This document shows positions 51,906 to 64,000 of a stretch of 64,000 nucleotides of DNA, in pieces. Each line of letters begins with the position of its first letter. Within the stretch, counting starts at the first letter, position 1. A program made the position numbers and the translations under genes. Source of the DNA: Azolla caroliniana (lineage: Eukaryota; Plantae; Polypodiophyta); the NCBI GenBank assembly GCA_043228905.1, contig JBHGNT010000001.1, positions 6,944,001 through 7,008,000 of the forward strand, in the 5' to 3' direction. The notes under the pieces were generated by a model. That model was not told the DNA's origin, searched no databases, and worked only from the letters and a program-made list of their open reading frames with translations.

Positions 51906-54511
51906 ATAACAACCATGTAAACACAATGGTAATGATTGTATTATCAACAATTACTCACAGCGTATAGTGACAGGAAAACAAGAGTGCCTCCGGACACAAA
52001 TGATTGTGATTCCTCTAGCCAAGACCTTGAACCACACCCGCAAAACGCCTTGAAATGGCTAGGTATTGGGCACAAGACAATGAAAAAAATAAGGGTACAT
52101 GTATCAACAATACACAATAATGGAGTTCCGACGACCTGAATCTCCTTTCCACTTTTGTTTCCGACACATGAAGATTGGTCGAAATCCAAGATTAAAGATA
52201 CGCTATGTAGCCAAGCAACATGTTTTGTAGCAAAAATAAGTGATGAAGACCTCATGAATGAACTAAAGCAGCATTGGCATAACACTAGATTCTAGTGCAC
52301 CATAGATGAAGAGGAACCTCATCTCTGCCACATCCACCTGCGGACTATCATAGACACCCAACTAACTCCAAGCTTTTTCTATTTCTATGAGAAACATGAA
52401 GGGGCGATTGAAGCTCACAGGATAGCCCACAAACTCCACTCATGGATTTGGACCGTCATTCCATCAATGGAAATGACTGGCTGTCTAAATGGTGAGTGCT
52501 CCCCACTCACGACATGTTGTGCAAAGCATCAGGCACAAATCTCCCACTCCATTCCATGATTATGAAGATTGTAACATGGAATGTGCAAGGGCTCATGAGT
52601 CGACTAGACCAGCAAAATAGATGGAAACTGAGAAGAGATCTTGAGGAATATATATTAGGGGGTGCTGCTAACATCATCATGTTGCAGGAACACCACCTTG
52701 ATAGTACTCGTTTAAAGGAAGTCAGAGATCTTTTACCAGGATCATGGCAAACAATTTGGGAGCCAGTAATAGGGGAGGATGGAAATCATGGTGGTATCTG
52801 CACTCTAATTCGGGAACATCTAGCCCAAGGCTTCATACGCCAGGAATCACTTATACTTGGTAGGGCACATTTTTGCACGTTGGCCATCCAATGGGAACAC
52901 TCGAATTTCATGAATGTTTATGCTCCAAATAGCAGAACAGAAAGGGCAACATTCTGGGAACGCATCCGCCTAGAAGTAGCGGGTGCGGAAGAGTGGTGCA
53001 TTGGAGGGGATTTTAATATGATCGAATCCATTCACGATAGCTCCAACAACAACCCCATAGTTCTACAAGGAAGGTTAACGTAAACAATGGGAGAAGCTAT
53101 GTGTACACCTTAACCTACGAGACATCTGGCATTCTAACAACTTCCAACGAAAAAGGGACTCTCTCTTATTCTCCCGATCAGATGGGCGGAATAGTGGACC
53201 CACCCTTTCCCGCATTGACCGCATTTATGTGGGTGAGGCTCTAGAAGCGAAGGGAGGGTGGTGTCGCATAACTCTAGGCACGACTTTCTTTGACCATTAC
53301 CCGGTCGTCGGTCATTTTCAATTGCACCGAAAATGGGGCCCATTCTAGGCTCACATCCCGCACACTATCTACACAGTTATAGAGGTGAAGGAACAACTCT
53401 CCAACCAATGGTCATCAACATCTGACAAACTTCTATCTAAATTAATAAGAGCTTCAACTCTCCTACATGAGTTTGTCAAGACCAGAAGCAAGGATGCTCA
53501 GGAAAAGCAACAGAGGACAAAACGGGGACTAATAGCCTTACAACAACTCCAACAGAGATACCTGTCATGTAGTTGGATTGCAGGACAAGTTGCCATGGCC
53601 AAACATGAACTCAGCATGGCGGTAAAGGAAATATACGACATGGAGTTTCATGGAAGCATGGCGCGATGGATTAGAGTAGGGGACAAAACCACGAAGGAAT
53701 TCTTCCGCTCCAAAGGCCCGAGGCACGCTAGAACAATGATGCACAACCTCAACTGAGCGGATGGAACAACCAATGAGGATGGTGACGAAATGAGGAATAT
53801 TGCCACAGGTTACTTTAAGCACCTACTTACCGAAGATGTTATGGCCACAGGGGAAGACATAAGAGAAGATATTATCCTCCAAAGCATACCCAAGAAAGTC
53901 ACGCTGGAAATGAATACATGGCTCGTGCATCCCCTATCAACCATTGAGATATGGGAGGCCCTCTCTCATTTGGATGTAGATAGTTGCCCCGGAATCGATG
54001 GCCTCACCCCTCACCTTTTCACATGCCATTGGGACACTATTAAAGAAGACCTCCTCCAGGCATATGAGGAGATCATCACGTCTATAAACATGCCAGAGGA
54101 ATTTGGACAAGGGACGATACATCTCATTCCTAAAAGTGGTGGTAGTGTCAATGACATTAGCAAGTGGCGGCCCATAACTCTTCTCAATACTGTCTATAAG
54201 TTGCTCGCAAAAATTGTGACATGCTAGTTAACACCTCGTCTCCCTCAATTCATTCATCCATCCCAGACAGGTTTCGTTAGAAATTGGAGCATCCTAGACA
54301 ACCTCTTCTCATTCTGGGAAGCAGTAGCCCTTGCCATGCGTACCAACAACAAGGTAGCGGTGGTGCTACTAGATTCTGAGAAAGCATATGACAGGGTTTG
54401 CTGGAACTTTCTTGAAAGTGTGATGGGGAAACTCGGTTTTCAAGAGACATGGATCAAAGGCATTGTAGGACTTTATAGGAACATCAACAGTTGCGTTTCA
54501 CTGTCAGGTGA

Positions 54512-55323
54512 TGTAGCAAAACAGTGCTCGGCCACAACCGAGGAACAGGATCGATTCACAGAAAACGGGAAATACAACAATGCACGAAAACAATATAGAG
54601 AAGGGCACACTGGATGTTTTACGTGGAAAACCCTAAAATGGGAAAAACCACGGGAGTGCAAGACTCCAACTATCACTATACGCGGGAATGTACAATGGCG
54701 AGCTGCAAGGCGACGACCTTGAGCTCGCTGTCCTCGCCACAGGCGGCGGTATTACACAGAGGCGTCGACCTCTTCCTTCCTCCTTCTCTCTCACTCTCTC
54801 TCGGCTGCTCTCACTTCGCTCCCTCTTAGTGGAAAACAGAAAAATGAGCAACAACAGACTTAACTGTTTGCCCTAAGTCATATTTATACACATATGACTT
54901 TCGGGCTATTTACAAATATAGCCTCAAGGGCTCTTGGCAAACATATTCACAAATATGTCTCCGCATCCGGATCTCTCTCCGGGTACATTCGTCATCCGGC
55001 TCCGTAACCGGGGTCTTCATCATCCGGCTCCGTAGCCGGGGTCTTCATCATCCGGCTCCGTAGCCAGGGTCTTCATCATCCGGCTCCGTAGCCGGGGTCT
55101 TCATCATCCGGCTCCGTAACCGGGGTCTTCATCATCCGGCTCCGTAGCCGGGGTCTTCATCATCCGGCTCCGTAGCCGGGGTCTTCATCATCCGGCTCCG
55201 TAGCCGGGGTCTTCATCATCCGGCTCCGTAACCGGGGTCTTCATCATCCGGCTCCGTAACCGCAACCGGGCTTGCCGTCATTCATCTCCGGACATCCCAT
55301 CCGGAGGGACCGAAATCCCAACA
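54512..55323 (-). repeat. 3' LTR (812 bp) with 9 full 28-bp units plus a partial
   Basis: TCATCCGGCTCCGTARCCGGGGTCTTCA array at 54992-55262. Confidence 0.95.
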
Positions 55324-55333
55324 AACTCCCCCT

Positions 55334-58300
55334 TCACTTCGGCATGGGATGTCTCTCCAGTCCGATCCTCTTCCGGCATGCTTCCAGCTTGTCGGGTGTG
55401 AGCACCTTGGTCAGCATATCCGACCCGTTCTCGTCCGTGTGGACCTTTGTCAGCACGAACTCCTTGTCTTCTATCCTTTCCCGGATCCAGTGATATCTTC
55501 GCTGGATGTGCTTCGTCCGGGAGTGATAAGCCGCGTTCTTCGCAAGGTGGATGGCACTCTGACTGTCGCAGTAGAGTCGGTACTCCTCCTGCTGGATACC
55601 GAGCTCTCTAATGAAGTCCTTCATCCATATTATTTCCTTGCCGGCTTCAACAGCCGCCATGTACTCCGCCTCCGTGGTTGACAACGCAACCGTCTTCTGC
55701 AGCCTCGACTGCCACGAAACAGCTCCCCCTGCATACGTCATCACATACCCTGATGTGGACCGGCTGGTATCTGCATCAGCCGACATATCCGAATCGGTAA
55801 AGCCGTCGAGTTCGGGCTTACCGGAGCCGAATCGGAGGCACACGTTTGCCGTGCCCTTCAGGTATCGGAGTATCCACTTGACCGCGTTCCAGTGCTCTTT
55901 GCCGGGATTGCTCATGTACCGGCTCACCGCTCCTACTGCATATCCTATGTCCGGTCTTGTACACACCATTGCGTACATCAAGCTTCCGACGGCAGAGGCA
56001 TATGGTACTTTCATCATGTCCTCCTTCTCAGCCTTTGTCTTGGGGCTTTGCTTGCTGGACAACTTGCAGTTTGCCGGGAGGGTTGACCCGATCGTTCTTG
56101 CTTCCGACATGTTGAACCGGTGAAGCACCTTTGTCACGTACTTCTCCTGTGACAGCCACAACTGCTTCTTCTTCCGGTCCCGGATGATGTGCATCCCTAG
56201 TATTTGCCTCGCCGGACCCAGGTCCTTCATTGAGAAGGTTCGGTGAAGCGCTTTCTTCAGCGCCCGTATCTTGACCTGGTCCCGTCCGACGATCAACATG
56301 TCGTCCACGTACAGGAGGAGTATTAGAGAGTCTCCTCCTTCGAACTTCTTCACAAACACGCAGTGATCAGACTGCGTTTTGTGGTACCCTTCGTCGGTCA
56401 TGAAGGAGTCGAACTTCCGGTACCATTGCCGGGGAGCCTGCTTCAGTCCGTAAAGGCTCTTCTTCAACCGGCATACCAGGTGCTCCTTCCCTTTCTTCTC
56501 GAATCCTTCCGGTTGCTGCATGTAGATCTCTTCTTCGAGGTCACCGTGAAGGAATGCCGTCTTCACGTCCATCTGTTCTACCTCGAGGTCCATGCTTACC
56601 GATATGCTCAGCACCGTCATGATGGAGGTCATCTTCACTACCGGGGCAAATATCTCGTCGAAGTCGACGCCCTTCTTCTGCTGAAACCCCTTCACCACGA
56701 TCCTGGCTTTGTATCTCGGGGGGTTTCCGGCATCTCCCGGTTTCAGCTTGAACACCCACTTGTTTCGAAGTGCTCGCTTTCCTTTCGGCAACTCCACAAG
56801 TTCATATGTGTGGTTCTCATGCAGGGAATCCATCTCGTCCTGCATGGCACTCAACCACCTGCGGCTCTGGGTGTCATGCTTTGCTTCTTCAAAGCTCTCC
56901 GGCTCCCCTTCGTCGGTTAGCAGCACGTGCTCTGGTTCCGGAAATCTCCGGGGGGCCCTTCTCTCTCTTAGAGGATATCTCCGTTCCGGAGCTTCGGTAA
57001 CCGGTTCTTCCGATTCTTCTTCATCCGAATCCATTTCGGGATCGGGGCCGGTTCCGGTATCATTTTCATCTTCTTCGGCCGGTTCTGTTTCTTCATAGTC
57101 TTCGGCCGGATCCTCGAGTGTTAACCAGTCCCTTGCCGGTCGGGACTGCTCCTCGTAGAGTTGATCCTCACCGGTCGACTTGGAGCTCTTCATCTTCTTC
57201 TCCGACTCCCAGTCGGCGAGTGTCTTGTCCTCCATGAAGATGATGTCTCGACTCCTGAATATCTTCTTGTCGACCGAGTCCCATACTCGGTAGCCGAACT
57301 CGTCGTCGCCGTAACCGAGGAATATGCATGGCCGGGTCTTTGGATCTAGCTTTCCTCTCCGGTCCTTTGCCACATGCACGTATGCGAGACACCCAAACAC
57401 CTTCAGATGCCGGTAGGACACTTCCTTACCGGTCCACACTTTCTGCGGCGTGTCTCCGTCCAGAGGTACTGAGGGTGATCTATTTATCACGTATGTCGCC
57501 GTCGACATCGCCTCAGCCCAAAACCCCTTGGGTAATTTCGCATGCGCTAGCATACTCCGGACCCTCTCCATTATGGTCCGGTTCATCCTCTCAGCCAACC
57601 CGTTCAGTTCCGGCGTCTTCGGCACAGTAAACTCGAGCCGGATTCCCTTCGAGCGACAGTACTCCTGGAACTGTCCCCGGTATTCCCCTCCGTTATCCGC
57701 TCGTATCGCTTTCAGCTTCTTGCCGGATTCCCTTTCCACTCTCGCGTGGAGTTCTTTGAAGACGGACAACACTTGGTCCTTTGTCTTCAACGGCGCCGTC
57801 CACAGCTTCCGGCTGTGATCATCAATGAAAGTCACGAAGTACTGGGCTCCGCCATGTGACTTCGTTTCTACCTGACACACATCCGTGTGCACCAACTCCA
57901 ATGGTGCGCTACGTCTCATCGGTGGCCTTGAGTGGAAGGAGGTTCGGTTCTGCTTACCGGCCAGGCAATCGGTGCACTTCTCCAGATGCACATGCTTCAC
58001 TGGAATGAGGTTGTCTTCTGCAAGCCTCTTCATCCCCTTCTCGCTCATGTGGCACAGTCTCTTGTGCCACAGCTCACCGGCAGTGTCGGCTGCCACGTTC
58101 AGCTCCTCCGGACATAGCCGGGAATTCATCAGGTACAGGGTGTTGACCTTCCGGGCCCGAGCCACTATCAGGCTCCCCTTGCTGAACTTCATGACACCGT
58201 TCCGGATGCTACCCGTGTAGCCTTCATCATCTAGCCTCCCGGCCGAGATCAGGTTCAATCGGACCTCCGGAACGTGTCGAACATCCTTCAGCAGCATCTT

Positions 58301-58436
58301 GCATCCGGTTGATGTCATCAGCCACACGTCTCCTATGCCGGCAATCCGGCATGTGCCTTCATTTCCCATCCGGACACAGCCGTGCTCACCGGCTGTGTAG
58401 GATGAGAAGTATTTATTCTCCGGGGTCAGGTGGAAG
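55334..58436 (-). CDS. pol: Copia Pol (protease C-half, integrase, RT, RNase H), out of frame with Gag
   Basis: Open >1000 codons: LWHKRLCH...C..C, LVHTDV, RADNGGEY, NGLAERMNRT, QMDVKTAFL, LLYVDD, FTDSD, STTEAEY. Confidence 0.92.
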
Positions 58437-59406
58437 ACGCTCCGGAATCGACCACCCAGGTCATCTCTACACCGGCAAGGTTCAGCTCCCTCTCTTCGGT
58501 AATAAGCATTATCTCTTCTTCACTTGCCGCGAGTGCCGTCGTTCCTTTCCGGTCCTGCCCTCGCCGATCCGGACCTCTCCGGTCCGTGGCTCCCCGGTAT
58601 GCGCCGTTTCGCTCCGGTGACATCTTCGAATCGGTGTCGCCGGCTCCGTTGTCTTTTCGGTAATGCCGACAATTCTTCCGGAAGTGCCCCGGCTTCCCAC
58701 AGTGGAAGCATGTGGGTCTTCCTCTTGACTGCGACCGGGTCCCCGACTTCTCCCGTCTTTGCGGACTCCGGTTCCACTGTCTTCCCCGTTCCGATTCGGT
58801 AAGCAGCGCCTTCGAGTCGGAGACCGGTTCTTTATCTCTCCGACGCGCTTCTTCGTTCAAAATACTTGTCTTTACCGTTTGTAGGGACAAGTTATCTTCG
58901 GCGCAGGAGGTGCTGAGAGTCACCACCAAGTTCTCCCAGCTGTCTGGCAATGTACACATCAGGATGATGGCTTGCATTGCATCCTCCAACGGGAACTTGA
59001 TCGCCGCAAGCTGGTTCACGAATCCCATGAACGTGCTTACGTGTTCCACCATACTCTCGCCGTCCCGGTACTTGAGGTTCACAATCTTTCTCATCAGGGA
59101 GGTCCGGTTCAACGCATTCTTCCTCTCGTAGAGGCCCGACAGCTTCCTCCACATCTCATATGCGTTGGTGTCGTTCGCCACGTGTTGTAGAACGCTCACG
59201 TCGACATATTGCCGAATGGTTGCAACGGCTTTCCGGTTCAGAAGCCTCCACTCCGTCTCAAGTACCCCCTTGGGTATTTCCGACCTGTCGATCGGTTCAT
59301 ACAGGTCCCGAACAATGAGCAGATCCTCCATCTTTATCTTCCAGTCGGCGTAGTTCTGCGAATTCAGCACCATCATCCCCGGCTGCCCGCTGCTGCCGCC
59401 TTCCAT
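58426..59406 (-). CDS. gag: Copia Gag (UBN2, CCHC knuckle) ending just after the protease DSG motif
   Basis: MEGGSS...NYADWKIKMEDLL, CFHCGKPGHFRKNC, WVVDSGAS then stop. Confidence 0.88.
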   Translation of the reverse strand: MEGGSSGQPGMMVLNSQNYADWKIKMEDLLIVRDLYEPIDRSEIPKGVLETEWRLLNRKAVATIRQYVDVSVLQHVANDTNAYEMWRKLSGLYERKNALNRTSLMRKIVNLKYRDGESMVEHVSTFMGFVNQLAAIKFPLEDAMQAIILMCTLPDSWENLVVTLSTSCAEDNLSLQTVKTSILNEEARRRDKEPVSDSKALLTESERGRQWNRSPQRREKSGTRSQSRGRPTCFHCGKPGHFRKNCRHYRKDNGAGDTDSKMSPERNGAYRGATDRRGPDRRGQDRKGTTALAASEEEIMLITEERELNLAGVEMTWVVDSGASST

Positions 59407-59437
59407 TTTCTGTGTTACCGTCGCTCTGATACCAATT

Positions 59438-60081
59438 TGTAGCAAAACAGTGCTCGGCCACAACCGAGGAACAGGATCGATTCACAGAAAACGGGAAATA
59501 CAACAATGCACGAAAACAATAGAGAGAAGGGCACACTGGATGTTTTACGTGGAAAACCCTAAAATGGGAAAAACCACGGGAGTGCAAGACTCCAACTATC
59601 ACTATACGCGGGAATGTACAATGGCGAGCTGCAAGGCGACGACCTTGAGCTCGCTGTCCTCGCCACAGGCGGCGGTATTACACAGAGGCGTCGACCTCTT
59701 CCTTCCTCCTTCTCTCTCACTCTCTCTCGGCTGCTCTCACTTCGCTCCCTCTTAGTGGAAAACAGAAAAATGAGCAACAACAGACTTAACTGTTTGCCCT
59801 AAGTCATATTTATACACATATGACTTTCGGGCTATTTACAAATATAGCCTCAAGGGCTCTTGGCAAACATATTCACAAATATGTCTCCGCATCCGGATCT
59901 CTCTCCGGGTACATTCGTCATCCGGCTCCGTAACCGGGGTCTTCATCATCCGGCTCCGTAGCCGGGGTCTTCATCATCCGGCTCCGTAACCGGGGTCTTC
60001 ATCATCCGGCTCCGTAACCGCAACCGGGCTTGCCGTCATTCATCTCCGGACATCCCATCCGGAGGGACCGAAATCCCAACA
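59438..60081 (-). repeat. 5' LTR (644 bp) with 3 full 28-bp units plus a partial
   Basis: Array at 59918-60020. Otherwise nearly identical to the other LTR. Confidence 0.95.
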
Positions 60082-63034
60082 GGTGAAAGGGGCCCCTTTC
60101 TCTGAATATCCCGAGTTGTACGACAGGGATGCCCACTAGCTCCATCCTTATTTCTATTATACGTCGAATCACTCTCTTGCTTTCTCAACTCGCAGAATCT
60201 CAACCTACGTGGTCTTCCCGTGCCTCATTCTCATCAAGGCGTCCTGGATATAGAATTTGCAGATGACACAGCGGTCTACCTGCAAGGGGACTTGGAAAAC
60301 CTACAAAAGCTCGAAAGTGGGTTAGCCATATTTTGCAAGAGATCTAATGCCATGATCAATTGGCACAAATCCTGTGCAATATGGCTTTCTCATGAAACAC
60401 ATCCTGCATGGCACCCACATCCCATTTTCAAATGGATCAATCAAGGAGTGAGCAACAAATATTTGGGTTTCCAAATTGGTTTCAACATACCGTCGGAGAC
60501 TATGATTACACCCGTTATCCATTTCATTCGACAAAAGTTGATAAATTGGAGTTCGAAAAAACTATCGCTAGCGGGTCACATCATAGTGGCAAATTAGGTA
60601 CTACTCGCAACAACACTGTACAGTCTATCATTTTGGACAATCTCCAAGGACAATATACATCGCAACTACATTTGGTCTGGTATGGAAGATCATGTAACTC
60701 GCGCCAAGGTGGCATGGCCTATACTCACAACACCTAAGTCGAGAGGGGGATTGGGTCTGGTTGATCCCCTCTCACAATCAAAAGCCTCACTTGCCAAATT
60801 TGTGGTGCGAGGACTCCAACTAGGAAATGACTGTTGGAAAATGCTATTGCGGTTACGTTTCGCTTACTTTAGGCCACGAAAAGGGGTTAATTGGGCCCCC
60901 TAAACGGGATGGATTCTAAGCATGGATCTCAAACCTAGTTTCTCCTGCCAATTCGAGGATAGATTCAGTGCATCCATGTGGAAAGCATGGTGTGACATTA
61001 GATGAGGGCTCAAGTGTGATCAACCGAGTTCCGAACCTACCTGGCTCAATCAAAGTATCCTATGGAAGCCATGTATCAAGGATGAATCTAATCAACTACT
61101 TGGATCAAGTAAGGGGTTGTCATGGGGATACATTGCAGAAGGTCCGGGAAAAAGTATAGAATGTTGGAGATGGTTTATGTCACTGCCACTACAAGATCAA
61201 GCCAACATACTCCATGGCATCAGGGGCGGATGGGCTATGAGATCGGAAATCAATAACGCTCTATTGATTAGGGAAGTCGCTACTCATAGGACGACAATGG
61301 AGAAATGGATAGGCTACGAGGAGGAGGGATCTTTGATCCCAAGAGGTAGGGGATCACTAGACAGGATCGAAGGCTCTGAATTGCGAGACATTGAGCCACT
61401 AACACAGAATAACGCAATTCGAGTACTCGCGTATACTGGTCATAAATGGATTGTAGATCCTGATCCGATCAAAGTACAACCTGATTGGCACATATGTACT
61501 CATGAAAACACATGGCTACGTAAGGTCAGTTGGGACCCTTTGCAATGGACATGGAGTGATCCATACGTGGAGCAAGGAAGCAAACCCATCCCTTTCTTCC
61601 AATTAACAAGTAGATTGGGTCGCCACATCCTAGCTGCTCAAACTGCCCGAGAGCCGGTTGTTGCAAAGGTTTGGCACACATATCAAGTTCCTCACACAAT
61701 TATCACCTAGTTTTGGCAGAAAATCTGGAAACAACAACATGCGAGGCGAATTTCCACGTTCCAATGGCTATTAATACATAAGTCACTACCAGTGGGAACC
61801 TTAGCTATCCTAATTGTGTAGAGTGTCCAAATGTAGTAGAATCAATACGACACACTCTGTGGGATTGCCCAGTGTCCCATCGAATATGGTGGGGGGTTGG
61901 CCGCTTGTTGCAATTATGCCAGGTGCAAGGCTCAATCAAGTGGGGAAATATATGTTGGCTATCATGGTAAACCCCAGTTGGCAGATACGAGCATCAGGAG
62001 GAGGGGATGACTTTGGTGATAAAAGCACAAGAGGTTTTTTTCTCCACCATCGGCAATGTCCACTCAACTCCTCTTAATGACAAATCTCAAGTTGTGTTGG
62101 AATTGGTCAACCCAATAACTCTTTGGATTCTATGGAAACAACGGTGTAGACGGGTCTTCTCCAACCAAAACGCGCATCCAACAATGTTGTTGCAAGAGAT
62201 ATGGAGTGAAATTGTAACCACTCTAAAGAGCCAATATGATGGCCTCAAGGGCAACTCTGATGGAGTTGAAAGACAACGAATAGCCTTCATCCAACAATGG
62301 TTGTCCTCTCCCTTTCTTGAGTCAGTGGGCTTCCACATAAGATGGAACTATCACGTCCCTACAGGGATTTGTACATAATCATCTCATTTATAAAATTTTA
62401 TAACTAATGGAAGGAGTTTTTTTTGGAAAAAAGAAAGATTGCCTATAGAGCGATAATCTGGCCTAATTGAAAATTTCCATATGGGTGCATTGCCACACAA
62501 GTATAACTAAATTTCCAAAACTATGAGTAACATGGCTTAATTTTCAGAAATATTATATTTGTCTCAGAAAATAATGTATTCGTTGACAAGTTCACGACAA
62601 ACGTAGTATGTTTTCATTAATACGTTTGCATCTTTCGAGATTTTCTACTACCCCAAAGGTAATACTCCCAACAAACATCTCATGAGAGGATAGGTTCCTT
62701 GAATCGTCAATAAACACTTGGAAAAACATGCCAATTGAGTAGACAATCTTATTCACTAAAAGATGGAACAAAGACATTAGCGTCTATGAGGATTTGAATA
62801 GTGGACCCATGACATATATTCTTTTGCCTATTGGAAATGCAATAACTCCTCGCTAGGGTTGGTGATATATTGACTTGGGATTTTCGTGGATTCTCAAAAG
62901 ATTGCACTCTGTTCCTTTCCAGCCCCATTGATTTTCCCCCTTGACCATCTTGGCGTTTTCATTGAAAAGTTGCAACGCTTTCTTCCAACTAAATCTTAAA
63001 CCAATTCTCAAAGAGAAACTCAATGTAGATCCTT

Positions 63035-63133
63035 CTAAATGACCAAATGTAACTTCCTAGTTCGATATGGCCAAAGGTAATTTCCTAGTTCGAAATGACA
63101 AAAGATTACTTCCTAGTTCAAGATGACCAAAGT
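63035..63133. repeat. 28-bp minisatellite (~3 copies)
   Basis: TTCCTAGTTCRA.ATG.C.AAAG is repeated. Confidence 0.7.
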
Positions 63134-64000
63134 AAGCAAATATGTGTAAACAACACATGCACATGCACACATGCAATGCCAACATAAAAAAAACTTTATT
63201 TGGCATTAAGGTATATACTATAACCCATTGTCCTCATAGTCCAAAGAAATGAGAATATTTGTCTAGTATAATGGGTCCTTGCGCATTACCAACAAATATT
63301 AGTTTTACAAGTGTATACATTGTCAATATTGCAAACACCTGTTGACATATGTTGGAGATGAATGTTTTGCACACATTTGGTTGACATGCTTTTGTTTAAT
63401 TGATTGATGTAGGTCACATAAGCTAAAAAAGGCTTTTAAAGCTTATTTGTATGTAATTGAAGTAGCGAACTTCTTTGAAGGTGTTACAAAAAGAAACACA
63501 CGAGGATGAAATGGAGGAAGAGTACCGTTGTGAGCAAATAAGTGAAAAGTTTTTGAAGGTCCGTTAGGAAATGGTACGAAACTTTCGAAGGCTGACGAAA
63601 GTTTGTGATGGCAGATTACTATCCAAATGAAATCCGCCTTTTCTTTTTCTTTCAATTCACCATTTGTGTACGAGTTCTTTGCTAATGTTTGATGTAAGTT
63701 TTGGCTTAATGTTTTAGGGAGCCTTTGTAATAAGTAATCAAAATTTGGGAAAGTTGTTCTTTGAACAACACACTCAAAAAGTTTTTTAATCATTTTCTCT
63801 ACCACCTTTTTGGATATAAAAAGATTCCTTCTTGCCTTTTATAATGCCTTGATAATTGCCCAAAAGCAAATTGAAAGGGATAGATAGTTCCCTTTTTTGT
63901 TGCATTATCTCTCACTTTCTCTCTCAACAAGAAAAGATGTTTCAAACAAACACACTCTAATTTCTTTTTGCTAAACCTAACACAAAATGTATAAAAACTA

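Larger units (their letters stand above)
54512..60081 (-). mobile_element. Young full-length Ty1/copia LTR retrotransposon (Tnt1/Tork-like)
   Basis: TG...CA LTRs at 54512-55323 and 59438-60081. 5-bp TSD GGTGA (54507-54511, 60082-60086). PBS tRNA-iMet at 59423-59434. PPT at 55324-55335. Order gag-PR-INT-RT-RH. Confidence 0.98.
51930..62435 (+). mobile_element. Decayed L1/Tx1-like LINE with near-complete ORF2, split by a nested copia at 54512-60081
   Basis: APE endonuclease (MKIVTWNVQG, LQEHH, NVYAPN, GGDFN). RT (WRPITLLN, DSEKAYD, RQGCPL after the copia, FADD, KYLG). zf-RVT and LWILWKQR. A-rich end near 62430. Confidence 0.92.

Noticed and set aside
54336-54722. 128-aa ORF as a novel gene
   Set aside because: It is a chimeric read-through from LINE RT into the copia LTR at the insertion junction.
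54992-55262. 28-bp repeat array as a CRISPR array
   Set aside because: Units are contiguous with no spacers, lie within an LTR, and the context is eukaryotic with no cas genes.
55349-59442. Numerous + strand and alternative-frame ORFs over the young copia, and similar ones over 11166-12610
   Set aside because: These are shadow ORFs expected from GC-rich coding sequence, with no recognisable motifs.

Overview
Eukaryotic land-plant nuclear DNA; a fern or other seed-free plant is inferred from the PPR and LINE styles, but this is not established. Four intact spliced host genes can be reconstructed: an ARM-repeat protein without a U-box (-), the Sm-fold NatC auxiliary subunit NAA38/MAK31 (+), an SBP-box/SPL transcription factor with an overlapping miR156/miR529 site (-), and a 14-exon ALDH7 (+). 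They lie among layered transposons. These include an old Ty1/copia with an internally inverted PR-INT block and two PPTs, and a very young copia nested in a LINE whose LTRs differ by six 28-bp VNTR units. There are also several decayed LINEs and five non-autonomous hAT-type elements, mostly with 8-bp TSDs. The least explained signals are a family of tRNA-like (A/B-box) modules, one pair carried inside a hAT element, a PPR E-domain fragment in the NAA38 intron, and a long inverted repeat pair between SPL and ALDH7. No CRISPR array, rRNA or bona fide tRNA gene is seen. All calls were made by eye and no searches were run.
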